Shown here: piece after piece, positions 24,014-33,748 of the stretch
Layout: the number at the start of each line of letters is the position of its first letter
Position numbering within the stretch: position 1 is the stretch's first letter
Source: a bacterium
GTDB lineage: Bacteria > Zhuqueibacterota > Zhuqueibacteria > Residuimicrobiales > Krinioviventaceae
Direction of reading: 5' to 3'
Assembly (NCBI GenBank): GCA_963675755.2
Contig: CAXXMD010000003.1
Span: 3,136,001 to 3,200,000 of the forward strand
Length of the DNA: 64,000 bases
Position numbers and translations under genes: made by a program
The notes under the pieces: generated by a model
What the model was told of the DNA's origin: nothing
Seen by the model: the letters and a program-made list of their open reading frames with translations, nothing else
The model's database searches: none

Positions 24014-24394
24014 TTAATATTGTTTATTAACAAGTTTAAAAGCATACCAAATTATTAGCGAAAAAATCAGGATTAATGATCCAAAGATAACAGCATGTAA
24101 TGTTGCACCATACCCACCGGCATTCATACGTAAACCCATTTCAGTAATGTCAGGCTTTTTTGCAATGGTTTCAGTAAGGTATTGTAATCCTATAAAGTGC
24201 CCTAAAATGCCTGTTACCAGGCTCATAACTCCCCAAAAGAGGATAGCGTCCACCCCCCGCAATGGGTGACCGGTATTGTGTTTCTTGTGTTGATATATCC
24301 CAATAATCTGTTTTACAGCAAGGCCAATTATGATCAATAGAAATACAGCAAGAAAATACATAAATCCGCCCCCGTCATTCAAATAATTTAACAT
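24014..24394 (-). CDS. Small 3-TM membrane protein (MotA/ExbB-like N-terminus)
   Basis: AGGAGG RBS; GGGFMY start; three TMs; resembles the C-terminal half of the adjacent 246-aa protein. Confidence 0.65.
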   Translation of the reverse strand: MLNYLNDGGGFMYFLAVFLLIIIGLAVKQIIGIYQHKKHNTGHPLRGVDAILFWGVMSLVTGILGHFIGLQYLTETIAKKPDITEMGLRMNAGGYGATLHAVIFGSLILIFSLIIWYAFKLVNKQY

Positions 24395-24426
24395 ATTTAC
24401 CTCCTTATTAATGCACTGCCGGCATT

Positions 24427-25167
24427 TTATTGAAAGAATAATACATCAAATTCATATTGCCTGATTTTGTTTGTCTTTTGCAGTAAACTAAACCAGGCTG
24501 TACCACCAATCAATATACATGTTATACCATAAATCATTAGCGGTGTTGTCTTTTTAAATAATAATATCAGATTCTCAAACCATAGATTGGGATGTTCTGC
24601 TATTTTAAAAAGTGTATATTGCCATTCCAGATAATAAGCGCTTAATCCCGTCAGAAAGATAAGAATCGAGAAAAACAAAATTGAAACAAGACCTTGAGAC
24701 AAGTTTTTGAGCTGATGGTCTCGCTTTAAATATAATTGAAATCCTTTAAAAAGGATAAACACAATTAATGGTATAGTGAGGGTGAATTGGAGCCAGATTG
24801 CCGGACTGGTGGAGAAAAGGGTAGACATGTTGAATAGCTTGTAAACTGTAAAACATATAAAACATAATAAAAACGATATGATACTTTTTTCAAATATTGA
24901 CAGTTTATATTTTGAAAACCTTTGCGCCAGTCTTGAATAAAATCCCTGATGAAGTGATATCAACTCTTGTAATGCCTGATCAGATGGAAACCATTCATCT
25001 CGAATGGTTGTTATAGCATTTTCCTGAGCCACACCGCTTGAAATCAATTGATCATAATATGCTTCCATATCAGAAGCGATCTCTAGAATGATGCGGAATT
25101 TTTCCGGTTGCGGTAGTTTGATTTTGTCGTTCAATTCCAGGTAAAGAGGGGATAATGCTTTAATCAA
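24427..25167 (-). CDS. PadR-associated membrane protein (HAAS-like N-terminal helical domain + TMs)
   Basis: Directly follows PadR; N-terminal 'RIILEIASDME' helical domain, then 4 TMs. Confidence 0.65.
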   Translation of the reverse strand: MIKALSPLYLELNDKIKLPQPEKFRIILEIASDMEAYYDQLISSGVAQENAITTIRDEWFPSDQALQELISLHQGFYSRLAQRFSKYKLSIFEKSIISFLLCFICFTVYKLFNMSTLFSTSPAIWLQFTLTIPLIVFILFKGFQLYLKRDHQLKNLSQGLVSILFFSILIFLTGLSAYYLEWQYTLFKIAEHPNLWFENLILLFKKTTPLMIYGITCILIGGTAWFSLLQKTNKIRQYEFDVLFFQ

Positions 25168-25509
25168 TTATACCTCCTTGAAAAATGATTGAAAAGAATT
25201 GATAAATTCTTTCCATCCTTTTAATTGTGTTTCAAAATGGATTTTACCTTTTGTTGTGATTGCGTAATATTTGCGTTTACGTTTGGGACCTTCCTGCTGC
25301 CAGGTACCTTTTATCAATCCCTCTTTTTCCATTTTATGTAAAATAGGATAGAGCGTTCCATGATTAAAATGAAAATATGCTTTACTTTTTTCTTCAATCT
25401 CTAACGCAAGTTGATAGCCATGCATTTTTTCGTTTAATAATGTTTGCAAGAGTAAAAGTTCATTACAGCTTTTAGTCAGGTTTTGTATTTCAAAAATTTT
25501 ATCCGGCAA
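25168..25509 (-). CDS. PadR family transcriptional regulator
   Basis: MHGYQL..GTLYPILHKMEKEGLI..RKYYAIT. Likely TTG start at 25509. AT-rich palindromes at 25525-25560 may be the operator. Confidence 0.9.
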   Translation of the reverse strand: MPDKIFEIQNLTKSCNELLLLQTLLNEKMHGYQLALEIEEKSKAYFHFNHGTLYPILHKMEKEGLIKGTWQQEGPKRKRKYYAITTKGKIHFETQLKGWKEFINSFQSFFKEV

Positions 25510-25875
25510 TATATAGATCCCTTTTATATAGATATTCGATATATATAGGTTCAATATATATAAAAGGGGGATATATGTCAAGAGATTTTTTTATGGCAAT
25601 GAGTACCCAGTTTTTAAAATTTGTCCCCTGCATACCACACATTAATCGTAAAAATTTATGGCCAAAGTAATTATTTTAACTTTTTTTATTTTTTATAATT
25701 TTGCGTTTTTTGTGATTAGTCTATTGTAATTTATAGAGTTAGTTTGTTTTTCTCATGCATGCTATTGTGACATTAAGTTCCGAAAATGGATTTTATTCAT
25801 TTTTGGCAAAAAGAGGTAAGGTATTTGCTTGATAGCCGGTAATGAATAGTATATGAGTACCATTATTACAGGCGT

Positions 25876-28800
25876 TTGATGAAAGTATATATTTATATTT
25901 TTTTTATGTTCATTTCTGTCACTGGATTATTTGCAAGAACTGTCTCGTTGGACAGTTATAATACATCTGTTAGTACTTTTGAAATATTGGAATTTACATT
26001 AAATATTACTAATCCGGTTACAGGTAATCCTTTTACCGAAGCACATGTATCTGCAGAAATTCAAGCCCCCAATAAAACATTTTCTATTAACGGTTTTTGT
26101 GATGCTCAGGATGGTACAATCTTTCGCGTTAGATTTACACCTATGCGTACAGGTAATCATTCATTTACAATTACTTTTACTGATACCGCTGGCACTGAAA
26201 CTTTTTCTGGCAGTTTTGATGCGAGTGAAGGGGGCAACAATGGTTTTATCAAAGTTGATTCTCAAAACCCAACACGCTTTGCGTTCAGCAATGGCGGGCA
26301 TCCCTATATTATTTCAAAAACAGCATGGCTAATTGCGGGAATTCCTAAAACCAATTATCAACAGTTTATTGATAAAATGGTACCTCGCGGCGAAAACTGT
26401 TTACGTTTTGGACTAGAATTTGATTATTCTAACGATGATCCGTATGTGGATGTCTGGCCTTATGAGCAGCCACGTGAAGCACAGAATTTTACAGAATTTG
26501 ATATTGATTACTGGCGCAACCTTGATGAGCTTTTAACCTATGCTGCGGAAAGAAATATTTACGCGGAACCGGTGCTCTTTACTTTGATGAAATTTAGTGA
26601 CATGGCTGATTCAGATGTTATGTTTTATATTGACTATCTTGTTGCTCGTACTGCCAGTTATCCCTCTATTATCATGTATCAATTGGCAAATGAACGCATT
26701 AGCAGATATGATTTTCAAACCGTAATGGCTGATCGTATTCACAATAATGATCCTTATGGACACCTTGTGAGCACATCGCATGGTACAACTATGGACGCTG
26801 CTTGGCCGGATGCTCCCTGGATGGATGTTGCAATCAATCATGCCTGCTATGATGATGAACAATTGAGTGAACGTTATTACGCAATTGCGAATACAATTTC
26901 AGGTTATAATATGCCGGGTTGGTGCGATGAAACCGGACGTGAAGATCGTCATGGAAATGATGACGGAGTACATCGCCGCAAACAATATTGGACCTGGAAT
27001 ATGGGTGGTTCTTATTTTAACTACCATTCCTGGGAAGGCTGTGAAGGGATCATGGATATCTCTTATAACGGACCGGGAAGTCAGTACCTGAAATACATTC
27101 GCTCTTTCTGGACATCTACAGATTTTTGGAAAATGCGTCCCAATAACAATATTATTAAAAATAATCCTGATGTACAATATGAATGGGCCGTTGCCTCTGA
27201 CGATGAGGTGGTCGTGTATCTGGTGAATGAGGCAACGGGCCAATCTTCTTCGGAAGGAACCATTGATATAGATTTACCTGCCGGTCATACCTATGTGGCA
27301 GATTTTTACAATCCTTCCAATGGTGAAGGGTTCCCACAGTATCGAAAATCCAGACTGGCCGGAGGCACAATAGTATCAATTGCTTATCCTTCATTTACAA
27401 ATGACCTTGTTCTTCATTGTTTTGTCAGTGACGATACGCAAGCTCCCCAACAATCTTCTGTTTCAAGCTCTAATGTATCTCAGAATCAGGCAACAATTAG
27501 TTGGAGTACCAATGAAAATTCAGAAGCCAGAGTAGAATATGGATTAACAACAAATTATGGGCGTAAAACCTATTGGGATGTAGAGCTGAAAACATCTCAT
27601 TCATTTACATTGAATAATTTGATGCCGGGTACTGAATATCACTACCGTGTTATGTCTATGGATATGACAGGAAATTCTTCTGTCAGCTCTGACTACACTT
27701 TTACTACACCGGGTTCAAGCGCACAACCGGCAATTTCTTCTTTCTCTCCAACTACGGGAAATATGACAACCGAAGTTACAATTCAGGGTTCTCATTTAAT
27801 GGGATCATACGCTAATCCCATGCGTTTGATGCTGCTGGGACAGTCTGAGGTCAGGGGAGTAACCGGATCCACAGACAGCAGCGGATATCGAAATGATCTT
27901 GCGAATTTGTTGTTCAACAAAGGTATTGGTTTTCATTTTATCGGTTCACAGGCAGATGGAACCGCTTTTGATGCTTTGCATGAAGGGCATGATAATGATG
28001 GCGTTGAAACGCTGACCCAGAATGTAGGTGGTTATATATCGCAATGGTCACCGGATTATATGTTGATTTATGCAGGTGCCCAGGATCTTGATAACGGACA
28101 AACTCCGGATGCAGTGATTGCTGAGCTGGAAACGTTGTTGGATGCAATATATGCCAGTGATTCCAATATAATCATGTTGTTGGGGAATTTACTGCCCCAT
28201 ACAGATGCTACGAATTCAGATGTACAGCAATTGAATGGATTTATTGAAACGTTGATCACCGCCAAAAAAGCATCCAATTACCGGGTATTCATGGCTGATC
28301 AATATCAGGCCTTTACAGACAATGCAAATTGGGCTTCTGAATTGATGCATGATAAACGTCATCCCAATGATACCGGGTATGGAGTTATGGCCCTTGCATG
28401 GCAAAGTGCTTTGCAGGCTGCATGGACCGAGTTTGCCGATATTGAGATTTCTTTTGCAGGTACTGCTGTTACAGAATATTCAATTCAATCCGAACAAAAA
28501 GTGTTGGCCAGAGTACCGAACGGAGCTTCTAACGGTAAAATTAGTATTACAACACCTTATGGATCTGTTGAAAGCAGCGATAATTTTATTACTTCTCAGG
28601 TAGAAGGCAATTTCACCGCAAATGTAACTACCGGTTACGCTCCATTGATCGTACGGTTCTCCAATCTTACTGAGGGAGAGATGAGCAGTTTTGAGTGGAA
28701 TTTTGGAGATGGAAGCAAGAATTCTACTGAACAAAATCCCGGTCATGTTTTTACCAAAGCCGGTACTTATACAATTACGCTGACGGTATCTGACGGTATA

Positions 28801-31800
28801 GTGCAAGATACCGAAACCAAAACCGGGTACATCAAAGTGCAGGAACGTTCTAATGTTCCATTGACACCCAAATGGGTATATGAACCCTGGGTCTGGGAAG
28901 ATAATATAAATACCCAGGCTGGCCTTGAAGAACTTGTACAAGGTTATCTGGATCGTGATATTCCTGTTGGTGCAGTCAATATTGACAGCCCCTGGGAAAC
29001 GGAATTTAACACATTTCAATTCAATAGCGAAAGCTATCCCGATGCTCAGGGAATGATTGATGGTCTGCATGATAAGGGAATCAAAGTCATGGCGTGGATC
29101 ACTCCCTTGACCAATTTACATTCAAAAGACGATCCCAATATCGGTAAAGCATCAAATTATGATTACGCTCTTGAGAATGGCTATTTTATTAATGACGGAC
29201 AAACATTCGAGTGGTGGAAAGGCTGGGGAAGTTTTATTGATTATACCAATCCGGATGCTCTGGAATGGTGGCATAACCAAATGGACCAGGTACTTGATCT
29301 GGGAATTGATGGATGGAAGACCGATGCCGGTAACCGGGTTTTTCCGGAATCTACAAATGGATATAATGGTAGGATTACCCAAAAAGAATACAGTTATCTT
29401 TATTATAAAGATTTTTATGAATACAGTTTAAAATCACGTGGGCAACATGCAATTATTTTTGCCAAACCTTATGATGAGAATCCTGCTGATTCAACATTTG
29501 TTCCCAAGGCTTATACTCCCGCAGCATTTGTTGGAGATCAGACCCATTTCTGGGGAGACAGTGGTTTGTTGAATGCTCTCAATAATGTTTTTGAAACTGC
29601 CAAAAATGGATTTGTGGCGATTGGATCGGATATTGGCGGGTTTATGGGTGAAATGAATGTAACCAAAAGTTTACTTATCCGTTGGGCACAGTTTGGTGCC
29701 TTTTGCCCCATAATGGAAAATGGTGGCGGTGGAGAGCACCGTCCCTGGATGTTTGATCAGGAAACGGTTGATATATATCGCTATTATGCAAAATTGCACA
29801 GCCAGTTGGTACCCTATCTGTATTCTTATGGTGTACTGGCACATAATGGCGGCAAAGTTATTATCCGGCCTATGGATGGTGTTTGGCAATACATGTTGGG
29901 ACGTGATCTTTTTGTTTCTACTATTTTTCAGGATGTGACTTCACGAGAGGTTACTTTGCCGGAAGGTACAAGATGGGTTGATTACTGGAATGATGATGTA
30001 ACCTATGACAGTGGACAGACATTGAGCAACTATGATTGTCCGATCGACCAGTATCCGGTTTTTATACGGTCCGGTGGAATTGTACCCATGTATGTAAAAG
30101 ATGATGAAACCGGCCACGGCTCTTCTGCTTCTGCGGGTAAATTAACGGTGCTGGTTTACCCTGATGGTACATCCTCTTTAACCTTTTATGATGAAAATCA
30201 TACAACAGAATTTGAATGTGTTGAATCGTCCGATGTTGTAACTGTTAATGTTTCTTCTGCAGCAGATGATTATATTTTCAGGATCAAATACAAAACCACT
30301 CCTTCAATCGTTACCTTGAACAGTTCCGAAATGCAAGCGTATGCCGAATTCAGTCAGTTTGAAGCTGCTCAGACAGGTTGGTATTATAATGAAGAAAAGC
30401 ATTACGTTTGGATCAAAACAGGTGCAAAATCCGGTAACTTTAATATGTCCATTGCACCGCAAACAACGGCCGCGTTCAGTGCGGATCCGTTAACGGGTGA
30501 AACTCCATTGGATGTACAGTTTACGGATGAATCTGTTCATGCGGTATCATGGCAGTGGGATTTTGGTGACGGTTCTGAATTATCCACAGACCAGAATCCG
30601 GTGCATACTTATACGGATCCGGGGAGTTATGATGTAACCCTGACTGTTACAGGAGCGTCTGGTTCCGATTCCATTGAAAAATTAAATCTCATCCAGGTAG
30701 GTTCCAGTGCCCATGCTTTTACAGATATAACGAGCAGTGCGGGTGTTCATGTTTCATCTGTATCCGGCAGTCATGGCGCAGGTTTCGCAGACGCGAATAA
30801 GGATGGCCGATATGATATTTTTGTTGCAAATAGCGGTGAAGATTACAATTACGACTTTATGTATATGAACCAGGGAGGAGCAACCTTTCAGCAAAGTTCT
30901 TCTTCCCGTGGCGTTGATGATGAAGGACATACCTTTAAAATTGTAAATGCTGATTTTGACAACGATGGTGACCTGGATGTATTCTATGCAAATCAACCCA
31001 TTGGTAATAATTATGTTATTGGTGTGAACAAACTTTACCAGAATGACGGCAATGGGTATTATACAGATATATCTGATGATGCCGGTATACCCCAGGAATA
31101 TTCAAACAGTCAGGCTGCGTTGGCTGCGGATTTTAATGGGGATGGCTGGCTTGACCTTTATGTAGCCAATTGGGATGCTGAAAACGCCATGTATTTGAAT
31201 GATGGTACCGGAAAGATGATACGGGTGCATAATGGTTCAGATGGTGATGGCAGCGGTATATATAAGTCTGTATCCGTATCTGCGGCAGATGTGGATAATG
31301 ATAATGATGTTGACTTGTATGTCAGTCGTCATGAACAGCCCAACTGGTTATTCATTAACAATGGATCCGGTTATTTCTCTGAGCGGGCCGCCTCTGCGGG
31401 AGTAGATATGAATGCACGTTCAAAAGGAGTCAGCTTTGCGGATGTAGATAATGATGGAGATATGGACTTGTTCCTGGCAAAGTATTCATTGTCCAGCGGT
31501 GGATTGCCGCAGGTTGGTATCTTTTTTAATAGGGGGAACGGTACTTTTCATGATCGCAGCTCGGATTATAATATTCAAAGCAGCTTGTATTCCATACTCT
31601 TGATGGACGCTGACAATGATGCGGATGTGGACATGCTGGTGGTCAGGAATAATCAAAAAGAAGACAATGCCGTACCACAGATGTATTTAAATGACGGTTC
31701 CGGTCAATTTACATATCAATTGTTCCCAGGACTTGAAGTCCCTGCCAAAGACGCGCAAAGCGCTGCGTATGCTGACATTGACAACGATGGTGATGTGGAT

Positions 31801-33624
31801 GTTTTTCTTACCTGTGAAGATGGCAGTAATTATTTGCTCCGTAACGATCTTGAATATGAAAACAATTACATTGATATTCTTTGCAAAGGCGCAGGTGGAG
31901 ATTACGGCGGTTTTGGGTCCCGTGTGTATGTATATAAGCCCGGCTATTTGGGTGACAATAACAATTTGATAGGATACCAGCAAAGCACAAGTTCATCCGC
32001 ATATCTGGGACAAAACCAGACTGCTCTGCATTTTGGATTGAATGGCTACAGCTCTTGTGACGTACGAGTTGTTTTATCGGATGGAACACAACTGGACTAT
32101 GCCGGCAAGAGTGCAAACCGGCAAATTACTGTTGGTGGGCCCGTTGAAAATAATTCCAACTCTGTAAATGCTCCCAATGTGCATACACCGCTGCCTTGTG
32201 GTCAGAATAATTTGCAATTGTCATGGGAAGCAGTCAATAGCGTGTCCGGATATCACATCTATCGTGATACTACTCCCTTTTTTGAGCCAGACTGCCAGAA
32301 TGGATCGAATCGTCTTGCAGCACTTGTAACAGATGAGGATCCCAATGCGTATGGTATTCAGTGGACCGATACTGATCCTGTTTTGGGAGATCATGAGGTA
32401 AATTATTATTATGTTATTACATCTATCAAAGATGGTCAGGAGAGTGAGTGTTCAAAACATATTGGTGCATTTGATTACAAGCTGATAACCACTCCATCTA
32501 CAGATTTTAATGAAATTGCTTTGTCCCTTTCAAAAGCGGATTTGGTAACCGCAGAAGATTTGATGCATGCTATACCCGGTTGTAATAGTGTTGCCAAATG
32601 GGAACCAAGCATTCAGGGATACATGCAGTATATTCCTGGACTGTCTTCAACAAACTTTGATCTTGCTGAAGGGCATCCCTATTATGTGAATGTAACGGAC
32701 TCTTCTGTTTACAGCCTTTCCGGTGAACTGGTTAACCCCAATTATCAACTTATTACAACGCCATCTACGGATTTTAATGAGATCATGCTGCCTTTGGATA
32801 AATATGAAATTACCAAAGCCTCTGAACTGATGCAGGAGATTCCGGGATGTAACAGTGTTGCCAAGTGGGAACCAAGCATTCAAGGTTATATACAATATAT
32901 ACCGGGATTGTCATCAACAGATTTCACTGTACGTGCGGGTTATCCATATTATATAAATATTACTCAGGATATTAGCTGGCCAGAGGCCGGTTTAAGTAAA
33001 TCTACTGCCGCGAAAAAAGATGTAATTACCGGCAACACTCCGGTCCATTCACCGCATGCGGTTTACGGTGAATTGGAATTACATGAAGAGATAATTGGGC
33101 TGCATTTTCGCGCCTACCTCCGGAACAGACCGGATGATTATATCAAAAGTAGCGGCAGTGGTTCTTTAATTACAGATACAGAGTGGTTTGTACAATTATC
33201 CACTATACCTGGTGGATGGCAGGCAGGTGAAGAACTGGTTGTTGAGTTTTATAATGAACATGATGTGCTTGTTGGCACGGTTACAAAAGAATTGAGTTGG
33301 AATGCCGCAGATGATGCGGGTTTGGTCAGTCTTGATAAAGTGGTTACCGAATACGAATTGCATCAGAATTATCCCAATCCTTTTAATCCGCAAACCACAA
33401 TACAGTTTGGTCTGCCAAAAGCATCACATGTGGAATTGTTTATTTCGGATGTTATGGGAAGACGTGTAAGAACATTAATAAATGCCAACCGTGGGGCCGG
33501 GTATCATCGGGTTGTGTGGACGGGTGTTGACGATTCCGGCCTCACAGTTGCTTCTGGTATTTATTTTTATTCGCTGCATACAGGCGATCAAATTTTGAGA
33601 AAAAAACTTGTATTAGTAAAATAA
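25876..33624 (+). CDS. 2582-aa secreted multimodular CAZyme (DUF5060/apiosidase-like TIM barrel, FN3, IPT, SGNH, PKD, GH31, PKD, FG-GAP/ASPIC-UnbV, FlgD-Ig)
   Basis: Signal peptide; NPF..FRVRFTP; GQS..DKRHPN; WNFGDG PKD motifs; DGWKTDAG, VGDQ and RWAQFGAF (GH31); multiple DxDxDGDxD repeats; LHFGL; NYPNPFNP. Confidence 0.88.
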   Translation: MMKVYIYIFFMFISVTGLFARTVSLDSYNTSVSTFEILEFTLNITNPVTGNPFTEAHVSAEIQAPNKTFSINGFCDAQDGTIFRVRFTPMRTGNHSFTITFTDTAGTETFSGSFDASEGGNNGFIKVDSQNPTRFAFSNGGHPYIISKTAWLIAGIPKTNYQQFIDKMVPRGENCLRFGLEFDYSNDDPYVDVWPYEQPREAQNFTEFDIDYWRNLDELLTYAAERNIYAEPVLFTLMKFSDMADSDVMFYIDYLVARTASYPSIIMYQLANERISRYDFQTVMADRIHNNDPYGHLVSTSHGTTMDAAWPDAPWMDVAINHACYDDEQLSERYYAIANTISGYNMPGWCDETGREDRHGNDDGVHRRKQYWTWNMGGSYFNYHSWEGCEGIMDISYNGPGSQYLKYIRSFWTSTDFWKMRPNNNIIKNNPDVQYEWAVASDDEVVVYLVNEATGQSSSEGTIDIDLPAGHTYVADFYNPSNGEGFPQYRKSRLAGGTIVSIAYPSFTNDLVLHCFVSDDTQAPQQSSVSSSNVSQNQATISWSTNENSEARVEYGLTTNYGRKTYWDVELKTSHSFTLNNLMPGTEYHYRVMSMDMTGNSSVSSDYTFTTPGSSAQPAISSFSPTTGNMTTEVTIQGSHLMGSYANPMRLMLLGQSEVRGVTGSTDSSGYRNDLANLLFNKGIGFHFIGSQADGTAFDALHEGHDNDGVETLTQNVGGYISQWSPDYMLIYAGAQDLDNGQTPDAVIAELETLLDAIYASDSNIIMLLGNLLPHTDATNSDVQQLNGFIETLITAKKASNYRVFMADQYQAFTDNANWASELMHDKRHPNDTGYGVMALAWQSALQAAWTEFADIEISFAGTAVTEYSIQSEQKVLARVPNGASNGKISITTPYGSVESSDNFITSQVEGNFTANVTTGYAPLIVRFSNLTEGEMSSFEWNFGDGSKNSTEQNPGHVFTKAGTYTITLTVSDGIVQDTETKTGYIKVQERSNVPLTPKWVYEPWVWEDNINTQAGLEELVQGYLDRDIPVGAVNIDSPWETEFNTFQFNSESYPDAQGMIDGLHDKGIKVMAWITPLTNLHSKDDPNIGKASNYDYALENGYFINDGQTFEWWKGWGSFIDYTNPDALEWWHNQMDQVLDLGIDGWKTDAGNRVFPESTNGYNGRITQKEYSYLYYKDFYEYSLKSRGQHAIIFAKPYDENPADSTFVPKAYTPAAFVGDQTHFWGDSGLLNALNNVFETAKNGFVAIGSDIGGFMGEMNVTKSLLIRWAQFGAFCPIMENGGGGEHRPWMFDQETVDIYRYYAKLHSQLVPYLYSYGVLAHNGGKVIIRPMDGVWQYMLGRDLFVSTIFQDVTSREVTLPEGTRWVDYWNDDVTYDSGQTLSNYDCPIDQYPVFIRSGGIVPMYVKDDETGHGSSASAGKLTVLVYPDGTSSLTFYDENHTTEFECVESSDVVTVNVSSAADDYIFRIKYKTTPSIVTLNSSEMQAYAEFSQFEAAQTGWYYNEEKHYVWIKTGAKSGNFNMSIAPQTTAAFSADPLTGETPLDVQFTDESVHAVSWQWDFGDGSELSTDQNPVHTYTDPGSYDVTLTVTGASGSDSIEKLNLIQVGSSAHAFTDITSSAGVHVSSVSGSHGAGFADANKDGRYDIFVANSGEDYNYDFMYMNQGGATFQQSSSSRGVDDEGHTFKIVNADFDNDGDLDVFYANQPIGNNYVIGVNKLYQNDGNGYYTDISDDAGIPQEYSNSQAALAADFNGDGWLDLYVANWDAENAMYLNDGTGKMIRVHNGSDGDGSGIYKSVSVSAADVDNDNDVDLYVSRHEQPNWLFINNGSGYFSERAASAGVDMNARSKGVSFADVDNDGDMDLFLAKYSLSSGGLPQVGIFFNRGNGTFHDRSSDYNIQSSLYSILLMDADNDADVDMLVVRNNQKEDNAVPQMYLNDGSGQFTYQLFPGLEVPAKDAQSAAYADIDNDGDVDVFLTCEDGSNYLLRNDLEYENNYIDILCKGAGGDYGGFGSRVYVYKPGYLGDNNNLIGYQQSTSSSAYLGQNQTALHFGLNGYSSCDVRVVLSDGTQLDYAGKSANRQITVGGPVENNSNSVNAPNVHTPLPCGQNNLQLSWEAVNSVSGYHIYRDTTPFFEPDCQNGSNRLAALVTDEDPNAYGIQWTDTDPVLGDHEVNYYYVITSIKDGQESECSKHIGAFDYKLITTPSTDFNEIALSLSKADLVTAEDLMHAIPGCNSVAKWEPSIQGYMQYIPGLSSTNFDLAEGHPYYVNVTDSSVYSLSGELVNPNYQLITTPSTDFNEIMLPLDKYEITKASELMQEIPGCNSVAKWEPSIQGYIQYIPGLSSTDFTVRAGYPYYINITQDISWPEAGLSKSTAAKKDVITGNTPVHSPHAVYGELELHEEIIGLHFRAYLRNRPDDYIKSSGSGSLITDTEWFVQLSTIPGGWQAGEELVVEFYNEHDVLVGTVTKELSWNAADDAGLVSLDKVVTEYELHQNYPNPFNPQTTIQFGLPKASHVELFISDVMGRRVRTLINANRGAGYHRVVWTGVDDSGLTVASGIYFYSLHTGDQILRKKLVLVK
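32485..32964 (+). repeat. Two 89-aa intragenic repeats near the C-terminus
   Basis: ITTPSTDFNEI...IPGCNSVAKWEPSIQGY.QYIPGLSST at 32485 and 32752 (267-bp period). Confidence 0.85.
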
Positions 33625-33646
33625 CATTATTGTTAGAATAAGCTGG

Positions 33647-33684
33647 AAACGTCCTGATAATTTGAATTTTCGGGACGTTTTTTT
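33647..33684 (+). terminator. Intrinsic terminator
   Basis: AAACGTCCTGA...TCGGGACGTTT followed by a T-run. Confidence 0.7.
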
Positions 33685-33748
33685 GTTTGCAGTTTACGAT
33701 AATCTTTTTATTTTAGTCTTCTGGGCCAAGAAAAGTTAATGGACAATT

